A stretch of DNA of 39,241 bases from a bacterium (GTDB lineage Bacteria; Hydrothermota; 32-111): assembly GCA_050239825.1 (NCBI GenBank), contig JBFXGO010000008.1:1-39241 (forward strand), read 5' to 3'. The notes below the pieces were generated by a model. The model saw only the letters and a list, made by a program, of their open reading frames with translations. It searched no databases and was not told the origin of the DNA. The translations under genes and the position numbers were made by a program. Shown here piece after piece: positions 8,447 to 17,927 of the stretch (position 1 is its first letter; each line of letters opens with the position of its first letter).

Positions 8447-10624
8447 CTACCTTATTATCACCATCTTTCTGTTTATCTGTGTCTCTCCGTCTCTGAATCT
8501 TATGAAGTATATGCCTGATGAGAGATGTTCTGTTGAGTAGATGTGCTGACCTATCCTTCTCTCTTTCGCTCTATATACTTCCTTGCCATTTATATCATAT
8601 ACAGAAAATTTGTTATCCCCTGTTGAATTTGTATACCTTATTTCATTCTGTAGTATATCCATCTTATGATTCTCTTTATCTTGCTTCTCTTCAACAAACT
8701 TTTCTGTTACTCCCGTAGAAGGATCAAACTCTAAAATATATAATGCGCTTTCATCAGCAACATAGGCATAATCTCCTGAAACATAGACACCCTCAGCATA
8801 ACCCGGTGTATCGTAGCTTCCTGCAAGAGTTGGGCTTGAAGGATTTGAGATATCTATTATTTGTAAACCATCATAATCATCAGCAACATAGGCATAACTG
8901 CCTGAAACATAGACACCATAAGCCCACCCCAGTGTATCATAGCTCCCTGCAAGTGTTGGGCTTGTGGGGTCAGAGATGTTGATTATCTGTAGACTTGAAT
9001 TACGATCAGTAACATAGGCATAACTGCCTGAAACATAGACACCTATAGCATTCCCCGGTGTATCATAGCTTCCTGCAAGGGTTGGGCTTGAAGGATTTGA
9101 GATATCTATTATCCGTAAACCATAATCATCATCAGCAACATAGGCATAACTGCCTGAAACATAGACACCCCTTGCAATCCCCGGTGTATCATAGTTTCCT
9201 GTAAGTGTTGGACTTGTGGGGTCGGAGATGTTGACTATCTGTAGACCTGAATTACGATCAGTAACATAGGCATAACTGCCTGAAACATAGACACCTATAG
9301 CATTCCCCGGTGTATCATAGCTTCCTGCAAGTGTTGGACTTGAAGGATTTGAGATATCTATTATTTGTAAACCATAATCATCATCAGCAACATAGGCATA
9401 ACTGCCTGAAACATAGACACCATAAGCCCACCCCGATGTATCATAGCTCCCTGCAAGGGTTGGGCTTGTGGGGTCAGAGATGTTGATTATCTGTAGACCT
9501 GAATTACGATCAGTAACATAGGCATAACTGCCTGAAACATAGACACCCAATGCATAACCCGGTGTATCATAATAACCTGTTTCTGTTGGTGAAGCAGGAT
9601 TGCTTATGTCTATTATTCTAAGTCCTGCATCATAATCAGCAACATAGGCATAACTGCCTGAAACATAGACATCATAAGCATAACCCGGTGTATCATAGCT
9701 CCCTGTAAGGGTTGGGCTTGAAGGATTTGAGATATCTATTATCTGTAAACCATAATCATCATCAGCAACATAGGCATAATCTCCTGAAACATAGATACCA
9801 TCAGCATAACCCGGTGTATCATAGCTACCTGTTAGGGTTGGGCTTGAAGGATTTGAGATATCTATTATCTGTAAACCAGAATAACCATCAGCAACATAGG
9901 CATAACTGCCTGAAACATAGACACCCCATGCATAACCCGGTGTATCATAGCTTCCTGCAAGTGTTGGACTTGAAGGATTTGAGATATCTATTATTTGTAA
10001 ACCATAATCATAATCAGCAACATAGGCACAACTGCCTGAAACATAGACATCATAAGCATAACCCGGTGTATCATAGCTCCCTGTAAGTGTTGGACTTGAA
10101 GGATTTGAGATATCTATTATCTGTAAACCATAATCCTCATCAGCAACATAGGCATAACTGCCTGAAACATAGACACCATAAGCATAACCCGGTGTATCAT
10201 AGCTCCCTGTAAGTGTTGGACTTGAAGGATTTGAGATATCTATTATCTGTAAACCATAATCCTCATCAGCAACATAGGCATAACTGCCTGAAACATAGAC
10301 ACCCCTTGCATAACCCGGTAAACTAAAATAACCTACCAAAAAAGGATTTGCTTTGTCCTTAACATTTAACACTACTAAATAATTACTCATGCCAGAATAT
10401 GCTAATGTATCTACGATGAAAACATCATATGCACTTCCAAAGAAAGGATAAATTCCTACTCCCCTTACATTCAAACTATCTGTCGCCCAGTTGGGTTGAT
10501 TGTAATCTTCAGGTTGTTCAAAGTTAGCAAGAAGCATATCCTCTTCTCTGAATGGTCTCTCATTTGAAGCAAAAACAAACAATGCTAAAACAATAATAAG
10601 GAGAATAAAAATAACTTTTTTCAT
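8447..10624 (-). CDS. Secreted LVIVD-repeat beta-propeller protein with T9SS-type C-terminal sorting domain
   Basis: Signal peptide; 42-aa repeats YDTPGxAxGVYVSGSYAYVAD...GLQIIDISNPSSP; C-terminal VYDINGKEV...LSSGIYFIR...RKMVIIR. Confidence 0.93.
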   Translation of the reverse strand: MKKVIFILLIIVLALFVFASNERPFREEDMLLANFEQPEDYNQPNWATDSLNVRGVGIYPFFGSAYDVFIVDTLAYSGMSNYLVVLNVKDKANPFLVGYFSLPGYARGVYVSGSYAYVADEDYGLQIIDISNPSSPTLTGSYDTPGYAYGVYVSGSYAYVADEDYGLQIIDISNPSSPTLTGSYDTPGYAYDVYVSGSCAYVADYDYGLQIIDISNPSSPTLAGSYDTPGYAWGVYVSGSYAYVADGYSGLQIIDISNPSSPTLTGSYDTPGYADGIYVSGDYAYVADDDYGLQIIDISNPSSPTLTGSYDTPGYAYDVYVSGSYAYVADYDAGLRIIDISNPASPTETGYYDTPGYALGVYVSGSYAYVTDRNSGLQIINISDPTSPTLAGSYDTSGWAYGVYVSGSYAYVADDDYGLQIIDISNPSSPTLAGSYDTPGNAIGVYVSGSYAYVTDRNSGLQIVNISDPTSPTLTGNYDTPGIARGVYVSGSYAYVADDDYGLRIIDISNPSSPTLAGSYDTPGNAIGVYVSGSYAYVTDRNSSLQIINISDPTSPTLAGSYDTLGWAYGVYVSGSYAYVADDYDGLQIIDISNPSSPTLAGSYDTPGYAEGVYVSGDYAYVADESALYILEFDPSTGVTEKFVEEKQDKENHKMDILQNEIRYTNSTGDNKFSVYDINGKEVYRAKERRIGQHIYSTEHLSSGIYFIRFRDGETQINRKMVIIR
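8750..10320. repeat. Intragenic tandem array of 126-bp units (12 full plus 1 partial)
   Basis: Recurrent cataggcataactgcctgaaacatagacac...ccggtgtatcatagc at 126-bp spacing. Confidence 0.97.
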
Positions 10625-10702
10625 AATTCCTCCTGTATGAATTGTATAAATACTCCTTCTAATTTCTTTTTCACAACCATCTCCTTTTTATTAATCATTT
10701 CA

Positions 10703-10731
10703 ATCTTATTGTATTGCGCCCACTTTGTCAA
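10703..10731 (-). promoter_or_regulatory. Sigma70-like promoter of the LVIVD gene
   Basis: TTGACA-17 bp-TAAGAT on the minus strand. Confidence 0.7.
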
Positions 10732-10957
10732 GAAGTTTGCATAATAGTATTGTAATGGTCAAGATTATATTTCACACCGTACTTTGCGATAGCAAAAGGG
10801 CGGGTTCTTCCAATCCGAAGACATCCTCTTCATAAACATTTATATCCGTTACCTAAATGGAAAAACGGTTACCCTAAAATCATTGCTAAATTATATTACT
10901 TCCGCCAATCCTTCGTTAATCTCTTTGGAGAACTCCCTTATGAATACTAATCCATCT

Positions 10958-12035
10958 TTACACAACTTTTTTGACAAGTCTCCCGTAGAGAGCCGATTCT
11001 TTGGTGTTCATGCCTGTGTAATTGTCATACAACCATTCCAGAAGGGCTTGTTCTGTCAATGAAAAATACTCTTTCAGAGCTTCATCCCATTTCCAGAGAT
11101 GCTTGTAAATATTTCCTTGAATTTCGTGAGTATTGATAATCACGGCAATTTCTTTAGAGTAATTCAAACTTCTGCTGTAATAATCCAAAGCATTTAGATT
11201 CATATATTTCTTCACCGCATACTCTCCTGCAAGGAGAAGATATTTTTCGGCTTTCGCAGAATCTCCTCCATTCTCAAAATGATATGCAAGCTCTCCCGCC
11301 TTTGATTCTATTTTTCTTTTGTATAAACTCTCCATGCACTCTCCTGCGAGGATGTGCATATTTCCTATTTTCTCTTTCATTTGAAGCTGATAGAGAGATT
11401 CTCTTATTATTGCATGTCTGAAGATATAGTTTATCTCATTTATAGGAGCTATTAGGGTTGAATACTCTCGATTATTCAATTCACCTTTGATTGACTTGTT
11501 TTTAAGCATTGAAGAGAGGACCTTCACAGAAAACTTTCTTCCAAGGACAGATGCAGTTTTAACAATGGTTCTTACGGATTCGGACAGAGCATCCACTCTT
11601 GAAACAATCATTGACTGAATATTGTCGGGCATCTCAATTCCCGATGAAGAGAGCCGAAGAATTCCATTGTCATTTACTGCAATTTTATTGTCCGTGAGAT
11701 AGAGTGTATCAGATATTTTTCCAGCCAGCCGCCCTTCTGTTTTTTATCATCAATATTTCTTATCAGTTCAATTGCGCTTGCACTTTCAAAACAGCCTATT
11801 CTGTCTGATTCGTCAAAGACAGCAGTAAATGCATCTCCAGCGAATTATGAAATGAAGCCGTTTCTTTTGTGAATTGTTTCCACCATCTCTTCAAATGATT
11901 TGTTTAGAATCTTCGAGACTATCTCCGCTCCATGTCTTCCCTTTTTCATCATCTCTTCGGTCAGTTTTGTAAAACCGGAAATATCTGCACTCTCTCGTTT
12001 TTGGGGAGTATGAATTCAGGAATGAATCCCCGCAT
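10958..12035 (-). pseudogene. Decayed class III adenylate/guanylate cyclase-AAA-TPR gene
   Basis: Fragments across frames: MRGFIPEFIL (from 12035), ADISGFTKLTEEMMKKGRHGAEIVS, GFIS*FAGDAFTAVF, then MPDNIQSMIVSRVDAL...ASVLGRKF...YIFRHAIIRESLY...LAYHF; most of the AAA region appears deleted. Confidence 0.85.
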
Positions 12036-13004
12036 TTACAAAGCCACTTCGTATTTATAGCGAAGAAACAATCTTTTGGAATGCGGATACTGCACATCAT
12101 GCTTTGAAGTTAGTTCTCTGTATTCTTTTTCGTCTATCGTCATCTTTCCGATGCAGAATGGAAATTTAATTGGAGAAAAGCCCTCTTTGAAAAAGAGCAG
12201 GGGATCATCCTTTGCGGAAGTCGTCCCTCCTCCGAGAAGAATCTTCTTTCCTTTCATCTCTTGTACCTTCTCAATGCCGATACTTAAAATCAGGGAAGAC
12301 AATCCGGGGTATCTCTTTTTCTCTCTGACTGCGGATAGGTGATAGTATGACATTTCCGCGCCAAACAGGAATGAAGCGCCTCCTATGAGCTCATTTTCTC
12401 TTCTTGCGCAAACAAGCATCGAGTTCTTTAATTTCGAGAGTTTCCTAAAATAATCAACTCCAAACAACAGCTCTTTTTCGGCATTTTTCTCCGTCATTAA
12501 TTCTTTATAGATATTTTCGAATTCTATGAAATCCTCTTCCTCTGTTGAGATTTTCAGATTGATTTCATGTTTTTTTGCCCTATTGATATCTCCCAATGTC
12601 CGCCTTTTGACATTTTTCAGATAGTTTTGGGTCAAATCAACACAAACAACTTCTCTTACATACTCATTCTTTACGAGTTCTGTTTTTGGTAGAATAACAA
12701 ACGGATTGTATCGGATTAGTCCTGCCACACACCCTCTTTTCGACATCTCGGCATAAAATGAAGCGAAAAATTCATTTATAAACACCTCATCGGAAGTGTT
12801 TGTCCAAAAGGAGCCGTATCCGTATGGAGTTTCAAATGACCTGCTCTTGCCGTCATACTGAAATATGAGCAGAGCCGACATACCGTTCTCCTCTACTGCG
12901 AACATTTCGGATTTTGATGTGAGAGAAGCATATTCATAAGAGTATTGCGGATCGGTAATTCTCTTTTCATTTAAAAAGGAAAGCCAATTTTCTTTTATCA
13001 GCAT
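12036..13004 (-). CDS. GNAT/FemAB-like acyltransferase
   Basis: TPYGYG, YYHLSA, LLGGGT...DPLLFFKEGF motifs. Confidence 0.8.
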   Translation of the reverse strand: MLIKENWLSFLNEKRITDPQYSYEYASLTSKSEMFAVEENGMSALLIFQYDGKSRSFETPYGYGSFWTNTSDEVFINEFFASFYAEMSKRGCVAGLIRYNPFVILPKTELVKNEYVREVVCVDLTQNYLKNVKRRTLGDINRAKKHEINLKISTEEEDFIEFENIYKELMTEKNAEKELLFGVDYFRKLSKLKNSMLVCARRENELIGGASFLFGAEMSYYHLSAVREKKRYPGLSSLILSIGIEKVQEMKGKKILLGGGTTSAKDDPLLFFKEGFSPIKFPFCIGKMTIDEKEYRELTSKHDVQYPHSKRLFLRYKYEVAL

Positions 13005-13056
13005 ATATTAAATATACCACACTCTGCCTTATTCAGTCAACAGGAGCGGACAGGCA

Positions 13057-13965
13057 TTATTTCAAATATTCAATCTCTCTTTTTTTCATTTTCACAACTG
13101 ATTGTCCGCAGTTTGACCCCACATCATTCTCCATCATTTCACCTATGGACTTTATCGTATCAAATCCTTTTTCGTTGAGGGACTTGATTATTTCGTTGAT
13201 TCTTTGCTCCACTCTGTTATAATACCCCTCCGGCAGATAACCGCTCTCTTTAACTCTTTCGGTTGGATTTATAGGAGTGAATTTTGCTATAAATGATTTT
13301 TTGTCAAATAGTACTGCCATCTCATCCGCATCGACAGGAAGAGATTCATCAAGTGGAAAATTCAAGACAATTTTTCGTTTTCCTCTCCTGTAAAACTCCC
13401 TTCCATATTCATTTATCCATTGGAAGGAGAGTTTTGGAAATCTTATCATTTCATTTCTTCTGATCTCATTGGTCGTAAAGAGTGAAAATTGAATTTGAAA
13501 ATCAATAAAATTGTCTCTTATTCTCATGAGTCTTTCGAACCAGAGCTGGGTTCCCGCAGGTCCCACGGTTGAGATGCACGGAATGTATTCTCCATACTTT
13601 GCTTTTAACTCCATCATTGCATCTATAACAGAGTGATTCAATGCCGGTTCGCCCATCCTCGCAAATTGAATTTTGAATTTTTTCACCAACCGTGTATCAA
13701 TGTTTCTTTTTTTTATGAGTTCATCAGCCTGCATACATATTTCTGAGCATGTCAGATTTCTCTTGAATTCTCCGCCTGCATCGCATATCGAGCAGTCCAC
13801 CGGACAACCGAGCTGAGTGGAGAGTATCAACACCCATTTTTTCACTATCCCATTATCAATCTCAGGCTCCACGCTCACGAATTCAAACAATCCTCTCTTG
13901 TCCTCCGTCTCTCCTACAAAAACAGCGGATATCCCGGATTTTTCGTTTTTTTCAACTATTTTCAT
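13057..13965 (-). CDS. Radical SAM protein, RlmN/Cfr-like but non-canonical
   Basis: STQLGCPVDCSIC (CxxxCxxC), ARMGEP, C-terminal SNCGQ. Confidence 0.88.
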   Translation of the reverse strand: MKIVEKNEKSGISAVFVGETEDKRGLFEFVSVEPEIDNGIVKKWVLILSTQLGCPVDCSICDAGGEFKRNLTCSEICMQADELIKKRNIDTRLVKKFKIQFARMGEPALNHSVIDAMMELKAKYGEYIPCISTVGPAGTQLWFERLMRIRDNFIDFQIQFSLFTTNEIRRNEMIRFPKLSFQWINEYGREFYRRGKRKIVLNFPLDESLPVDADEMAVLFDKKSFIAKFTPINPTERVKESGYLPEGYYNRVEQRINEIIKSLNEKGFDTIKSIGEMMENDVGSNCGQSVVKMKKREIEYLK

Positions 13966-14779
13966 CTTCTCTCCTCATTTTTTCTTCAATCTCCATCGCT
14001 CTTTTTACTCCATCCGCAAATGCTATTGAGCACTGTCTCTTCAGCGAATCCCTTACTGTTCCGGCATAAACAATTCTGCTGTTTTTTCTGATTATTTCCG
14101 GCAGATTCGCCTTTGTTCCTATGCAGACAAACACATCCGAGTAACTCTTTGAAACCATTTTATTTTCCTTTAAAAATCGAACTGTCAAACTCTCCGCCTC
14201 TTTGATGTTTTTTACCGAAGATCCGCAGAAAAAATTTATTTTCATTTTTTCGGCTCTTCTCATAAGCTCTGAGTTCACATTTTTAAAATATCCTGTTGAG
14301 ATTATATCGACATTTATCTTCTTTCTTCTCAGAAAAACGGCTCTGTCAACTGCAATTTCTCCGCCGCCTATTATACAAACATTTTCATTATCAGGATTCT
14401 CATGAATTGTTTTCAATTTAATATTGTGTTTATTCAGTTTCTTAAAATTTCTTCCCGTGCACACAACGGCATATCTGCCTCTAAATGATTTATTCGTTGT
14501 AAACACTATGACCGAGTCTTTGCATTCTTTTATCTGCAGACATTCTTCTTGCAGTATTTTCATTTTATCGCCAATCTGTTTTTTGAAAAGCCGGACGCAA
14601 TCTCTTCCGCTTGCATTCCTTAAAAAAGGCATATTTGTAACTCTTTCTGCATATACTATGGAACCGCCTATTTCGGATTTTTCAATTGCCAATATTTTGC
14701 CTGTTGATTTGACGGCTTGAAGATATGTTCCTATTCCGGCGCACCCCATTCCGATAATTATTATGTCATACTTTTTCAT
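13952..14779 (-). CDS. FAD/NAD(P)-dependent oxidoreductase (thioredoxin-reductase-like fold)
   Basis: YDIIIIGMGCAG and VCIIGGGEIAVD Rossmann motifs; no CxxC seen. Confidence 0.82.
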   Translation of the reverse strand: MKKYDIIIIGMGCAGIGTYLQAVKSTGKILAIEKSEIGGSIVYAERVTNMPFLRNASGRDCVRLFKKQIGDKMKILQEECLQIKECKDSVIVFTTNKSFRGRYAVVCTGRNFKKLNKHNIKLKTIHENPDNENVCIIGGGEIAVDRAVFLRRKKINVDIISTGYFKNVNSELMRRAEKMKINFFCGSSVKNIKEAESLTVRFLKENKMVSKSYSDVFVCIGTKANLPEIIRKNSRIVYAGTVRDSLKRQCSIAFADGVKRAMEIEEKMRREDENS

Positions 14780-15308
14780 TCACAATATCCGCGCTATGCA
14801 GTATTTCCGAAAATCCGTGCCTCATTATATTGATTGAGGCGACGTGAAGGTCTTTTCTATTTGACATACAACAGTCTTCTATGACTGTCGTTTTATATCC
14901 CTTTTCGAATGAGTCCCTCACTGCCGATTCAACGCACAGGTGAGTCATAACGCCCGTAAAAAATATTCTCTCTATTTTCCTTTTTTTAAGCATCTCATGG
15001 AAGTTTGTATTCACAAATGGTGAGTATGATTCTTTGAGCAATACAGAAGAGTTAGCCGGCATGAGAAGCCCTTCCGCAAAATCCTCCTCATCCGACGACG
15101 GCATATGTTTCCACCAGCTCTTCATGCTGTTATCTTTAACAGGAGCAGTGAACTTGGCGAATACAATGAGAGCACATCTCTTGTTGAAATGCTCGATTAA
15201 AATATTTATCTTTGGAAGAACAATTTCCGATTTCTTTATATATGCCTTTGATCTCCGGCTGAAAAAATATTTTTGTACATCAATCACTAATAGTGCTTCG
15301 TTTTGCAT
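14766..15308 (-). CDS. Isochorismatase-family cysteine hydrolase
   Basis: ALLVIDVQ, K..YSPF, TGVMTHLCVESAVRD motifs. Confidence 0.92.
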   Translation of the reverse strand: MQNEALLVIDVQKYFFSRRSKAYIKKSEIVLPKINILIEHFNKRCALIVFAKFTAPVKDNSMKSWWKHMPSSDEEDFAEGLLMPANSSVLLKESYSPFVNTNFHEMLKKRKIERIFFTGVMTHLCVESAVRDSFEKGYKTTVIEDCCMSNRKDLHVASINIMRHGFSEILHSADIVNEKV

Positions 15309-15339
15309 AAAAAAGAGCCACCCTGGTCTGGATGGCTCT
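15309..15339 (-). terminator. Terminator-like hairpin with U6 tract directly before the isochorismatase start codon
   Basis: Minus strand AGAGCCATCC-AGACCA-GGGTGGCTCT-TTTTT-ATG. Confidence 0.75.
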
Positions 15340-15359
15340 CGCCTAGCATAACCAAAAAC

Positions 15360-15387
15360 ATCTTAACACTATTTTTCATTTTGTCAA
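15360..15387 (-). promoter_or_regulatory. Sigma70-like promoter of the isochorismatase operon
   Basis: TTGACA-16 bp-TAAGAT with extended TG. Confidence 0.7.
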
Positions 15388-15456
15388 GGTTTTCATATAG
15401 GAAAATTCAATTAGATACAAATGTACAAGATAACGCCAAAATGTAATATTGAGAGA

Positions 15457-15824
15457 TGAGTAAGATTTTGTCTTTACAGTTCCGAATGAGAAGCCTGTCC
15501 ACAGCGCTCGTCTTTTCAATGCTTCTCATGAGGATGGGGACATTCCTACGGTGTGTCCCCATAACAAATATTGATACTCGAAAGCTACAAGTCGGCGAGG
15601 ACGCTCCGCGAAGACGCCCATCAAGTGGGCGACCCCTTGCTACGCTTTCCCATCTTGATAAAGCGGCGAAGCGGAGTGTGTGAGCCGACGCTACGCCCGC
15701 GTGCCGCCCCCAAGTCAATCTTCAATAATCAACAAACAAACAATAAACTGATAGACCCTTCACGATAGTCATAACCATAGAGGCGTTCCGGGTGACACTG
15801 CTGAGTAAGATTTTGTCTTTACAG
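15457..15824. repeat. 23-bp perfect direct repeats flanking GC-rich REP-like hairpins
   Basis: tgagtaagattttgtctttacag at 15457-15479 and 15802-15824; internal ggggaca...tgtcccc hairpin. Confidence 0.85.
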
Positions 15825-15908
15825 ATTGGTGTGAGAGCCGCCGCTTGTCTTACCTGCCGCCACCAAACAACTGTGATATAAATGCAGCACTCCTCACCTG
15901 CTTCTCCC

Positions 15909-15937
15909 TTGACACTGCTCTTTACTTTAATTATAAT
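15909..15937 (+). promoter_or_regulatory. Consensus sigma70 promoter
   Basis: TTGACA-17 bp-TATAAT, 8 nt before ATG 15946. Confidence 0.85.
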
Positions 15938-15945
15938 AATAAACA

Positions 15946-17052
15946 ATGAAAACGGCTATAATTCACGACTATCTTAATCAATATGGAGGCGCAGAGAGGG
16001 TTTTGGAGACTCTCCTTGAAATATACCCTGATGCGGATGTATTCACACTTCTATATGACAAAAATTCAATGCCTGACACAATCAATAAGGCAAATATAAA
16101 AAAATCCTTTCTTAGCAAATTTCCATTTTCAAAGTTTTACTATGAATATCTGCTGCCCTTTTATCCTATTGCAGTCGAGAGTTTCGACACGAGGAAGTAC
16201 GACCTTGTCATATCCAATTCAAGTGCATGGTCAAAGGGAGTCATAACAAATGTAAACACATGCCACATTGTTTACTGTCTCAACCCGATGAGATTCGTCT
16301 GGGATTCGTACTTTTCGGTTATAAAGAAGAACGCCGTTGTTTCGCGTGTTCTCAGAATAATACTTCATCATATACGGCTTTGGGATGAAGTTTCTGCAAA
16401 ACGCGGATACAAATATATCGCCATATCCGAGAATGTCAGCCACAGAATAAAAAAACATTACGAGATAAATGCTGAGATTATCAATCCACCGGTTGACACT
16501 GACTTCTTTGCGCCTGCCCCATTAAAGAGACAGGAAGAATACTATCTCATTGTTTCTCGGCTGAAGGCGTACAAGAGAATAGAACTGGCAATAGAAACTT
16601 TCAATGACTTAAAGAAACCTCTACTCATAATAGGAGACGGGTCGCACTATAATCATCTAAAATCAATTGCGGGAAAGAATATACAGTTTTTAAGAGAGCT
16701 TAGTGATGAAAAGCTTCTCTCCTACTATCAAAGATGCAAGGCAGTAATATTCCCGCAGATAGAGGATTTCGGCATTGTTCCTCTTGAAGCGCAGGCGTGC
16801 GGAAAGCCGGTCATTGCATTCAAGAGCGGAGGAGCTTTAGAGACAATTGAAGACAAGAAGACTGGAATATTTTTCGGCGAACAGACAAAAGAATCTTTAA
16901 AGGCGGCGGTGGCGGAATTTGAAAAAACTGCTTTCAATTCCGATGAGATAAGGGCTCACTCTCTCTCTTTCTCAAAATCGGTCTTCAAAAAAAGATTCAA
17001 GGAGAGGATTGCGGATATTTATGACGAGTACCGAATGGAGATGAAATTATGA
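15946..17052 (+). CDS. Glycosyltransferase family 4
   Basis: HDYLNQYGGAERV, SRL..YKR, EDFGIVPLEAQACGKPVIA. Confidence 0.93.
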   Translation: MKTAIIHDYLNQYGGAERVLETLLEIYPDADVFTLLYDKNSMPDTINKANIKKSFLSKFPFSKFYYEYLLPFYPIAVESFDTRKYDLVISNSSAWSKGVITNVNTCHIVYCLNPMRFVWDSYFSVIKKNAVVSRVLRIILHHIRLWDEVSAKRGYKYIAISENVSHRIKKHYEINAEIINPPVDTDFFAPAPLKRQEEYYLIVSRLKAYKRIELAIETFNDLKKPLLIIGDGSHYNHLKSIAGKNIQFLRELSDEKLLSYYQRCKAVIFPQIEDFGIVPLEAQACGKPVIAFKSGGALETIEDKKTGIFFGEQTKESLKAAVAEFEKTAFNSDEIRAHSLSFSKSVFKKRFKERIADIYDEYRMEMKL

Positions 17053-17927
17053 ATAAAATTCTTTTTCCGCTTCAGCTGACTTCGGATTTCAATGACTCGC
17101 CTTTGTTCAGCAAGACTTTCAAGGATTGGTTCACAGCTGATTTTCTCTCAATAAAAAACTCTTGGGACATTGTGACTGCAATAGAAAGGATGATTTTAAG
17201 TTTTGCGGAAAAGACAAAAAATGAATTTACAATATTTGAATCGCGCAACATTCAGGTTGTGGGAGACAACAGAAGGATATTTGCCAAAAGAGATCCTTTG
17301 ATTGAAGGTTCTGCGGTAATAAACACACTAAAGGGTCCTGTGATTTTCGGAGAGAATGTAATACTGAGAAATTTCACTTCAATCGAGGGTCCCTGCTATA
17401 TAGGAGACGATACGACTCTTGATTCAGCTACTATTAGAGGACCTGTCATATGTGGAAGAGTGTGCAAACTGTCAGGAGAAATAGAAAACTCATATCTTAT
17501 GGATTATGTCAATAAGCACCACTACGGATTCATAGGACACTCGGTGATAGCCAGCTGGGTCAATCTGGGAGCCGGCACTACAAATTCGGACCTCAAGAAC
17601 AATTACTCCAATGTGAGGATGTTTAACGGAGACGAATACATCGACACCATGAGGATAAAGCTGGGATGCATTATCGGAGAGCATGCAAAGACATCAATAG
17701 GAACAATGATAAACACGGGCACTGTCATAGGTCCTTTTTCCAATGTATTCGAAGACATCAGAGAATCAAAATATGTGAAACCCTTCTCTTGGGGCGGACA
17801 CGACAGGGTTTATGAAATTGATAAATTGATTGAGAATATTCAGAAAGTCATGAACAGGAGAGGGATAGAACCCTCATCTGAATTTATTTACAGGCTGAAA
17901 GAGGCCTATTCCGATTTCTCAGTCTGA
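17049..17927 (+). CDS. GlmU-related hexapeptide-repeat sugar transferase (Bacteroidota-type)
   Basis: NKHHYGFIGHS..WVNLGAGTTNSDLKNNY...KLGCIIG..KT.IGT.INTG. Confidence 0.8.
   Translation: MNKILFPLQLTSDFNDSPLFSKTFKDWFTADFLSIKNSWDIVTAIERMILSFAEKTKNEFTIFESRNIQVVGDNRRIFAKRDPLIEGSAVINTLKGPVIFGENVILRNFTSIEGPCYIGDDTTLDSATIRGPVICGRVCKLSGEIENSYLMDYVNKHHYGFIGHSVIASWVNLGAGTTNSDLKNNYSNVRMFNGDEYIDTMRIKLGCIIGEHAKTSIGTMINTGTVIGPFSNVFEDIRESKYVKPFSWGGHDRVYEIDKLIENIQKVMNRRGIEPSSEFIYRLKEAYSDFSV

Noticed and set aside
8750..10320. Regular repeats as a CRISPR array or DGR target
   Set aside because: Units are in-frame 126-bp coding repeats without unique spacers. There are no cas genes and no adenine-specific template/variable repeat pair, and the RT in the window lacks DGR context.
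10621..10680. Small uORF coupled to the LVIVD gene start
   Set aside because: An SD-like sequence is present but spacing to the ATG is poor and there is no other support.
13057..13965. Calling the radical SAM gene rlmN or cfr
   Set aside because: It lacks the resolving cysteine and N-terminal domain, and its context is atypical.
15407..15946. Short ORFs in the intergenic repeat region
   Set aside because: Overlapping ORFs on both strands without RBS or recognisable motifs; better explained by repeats.
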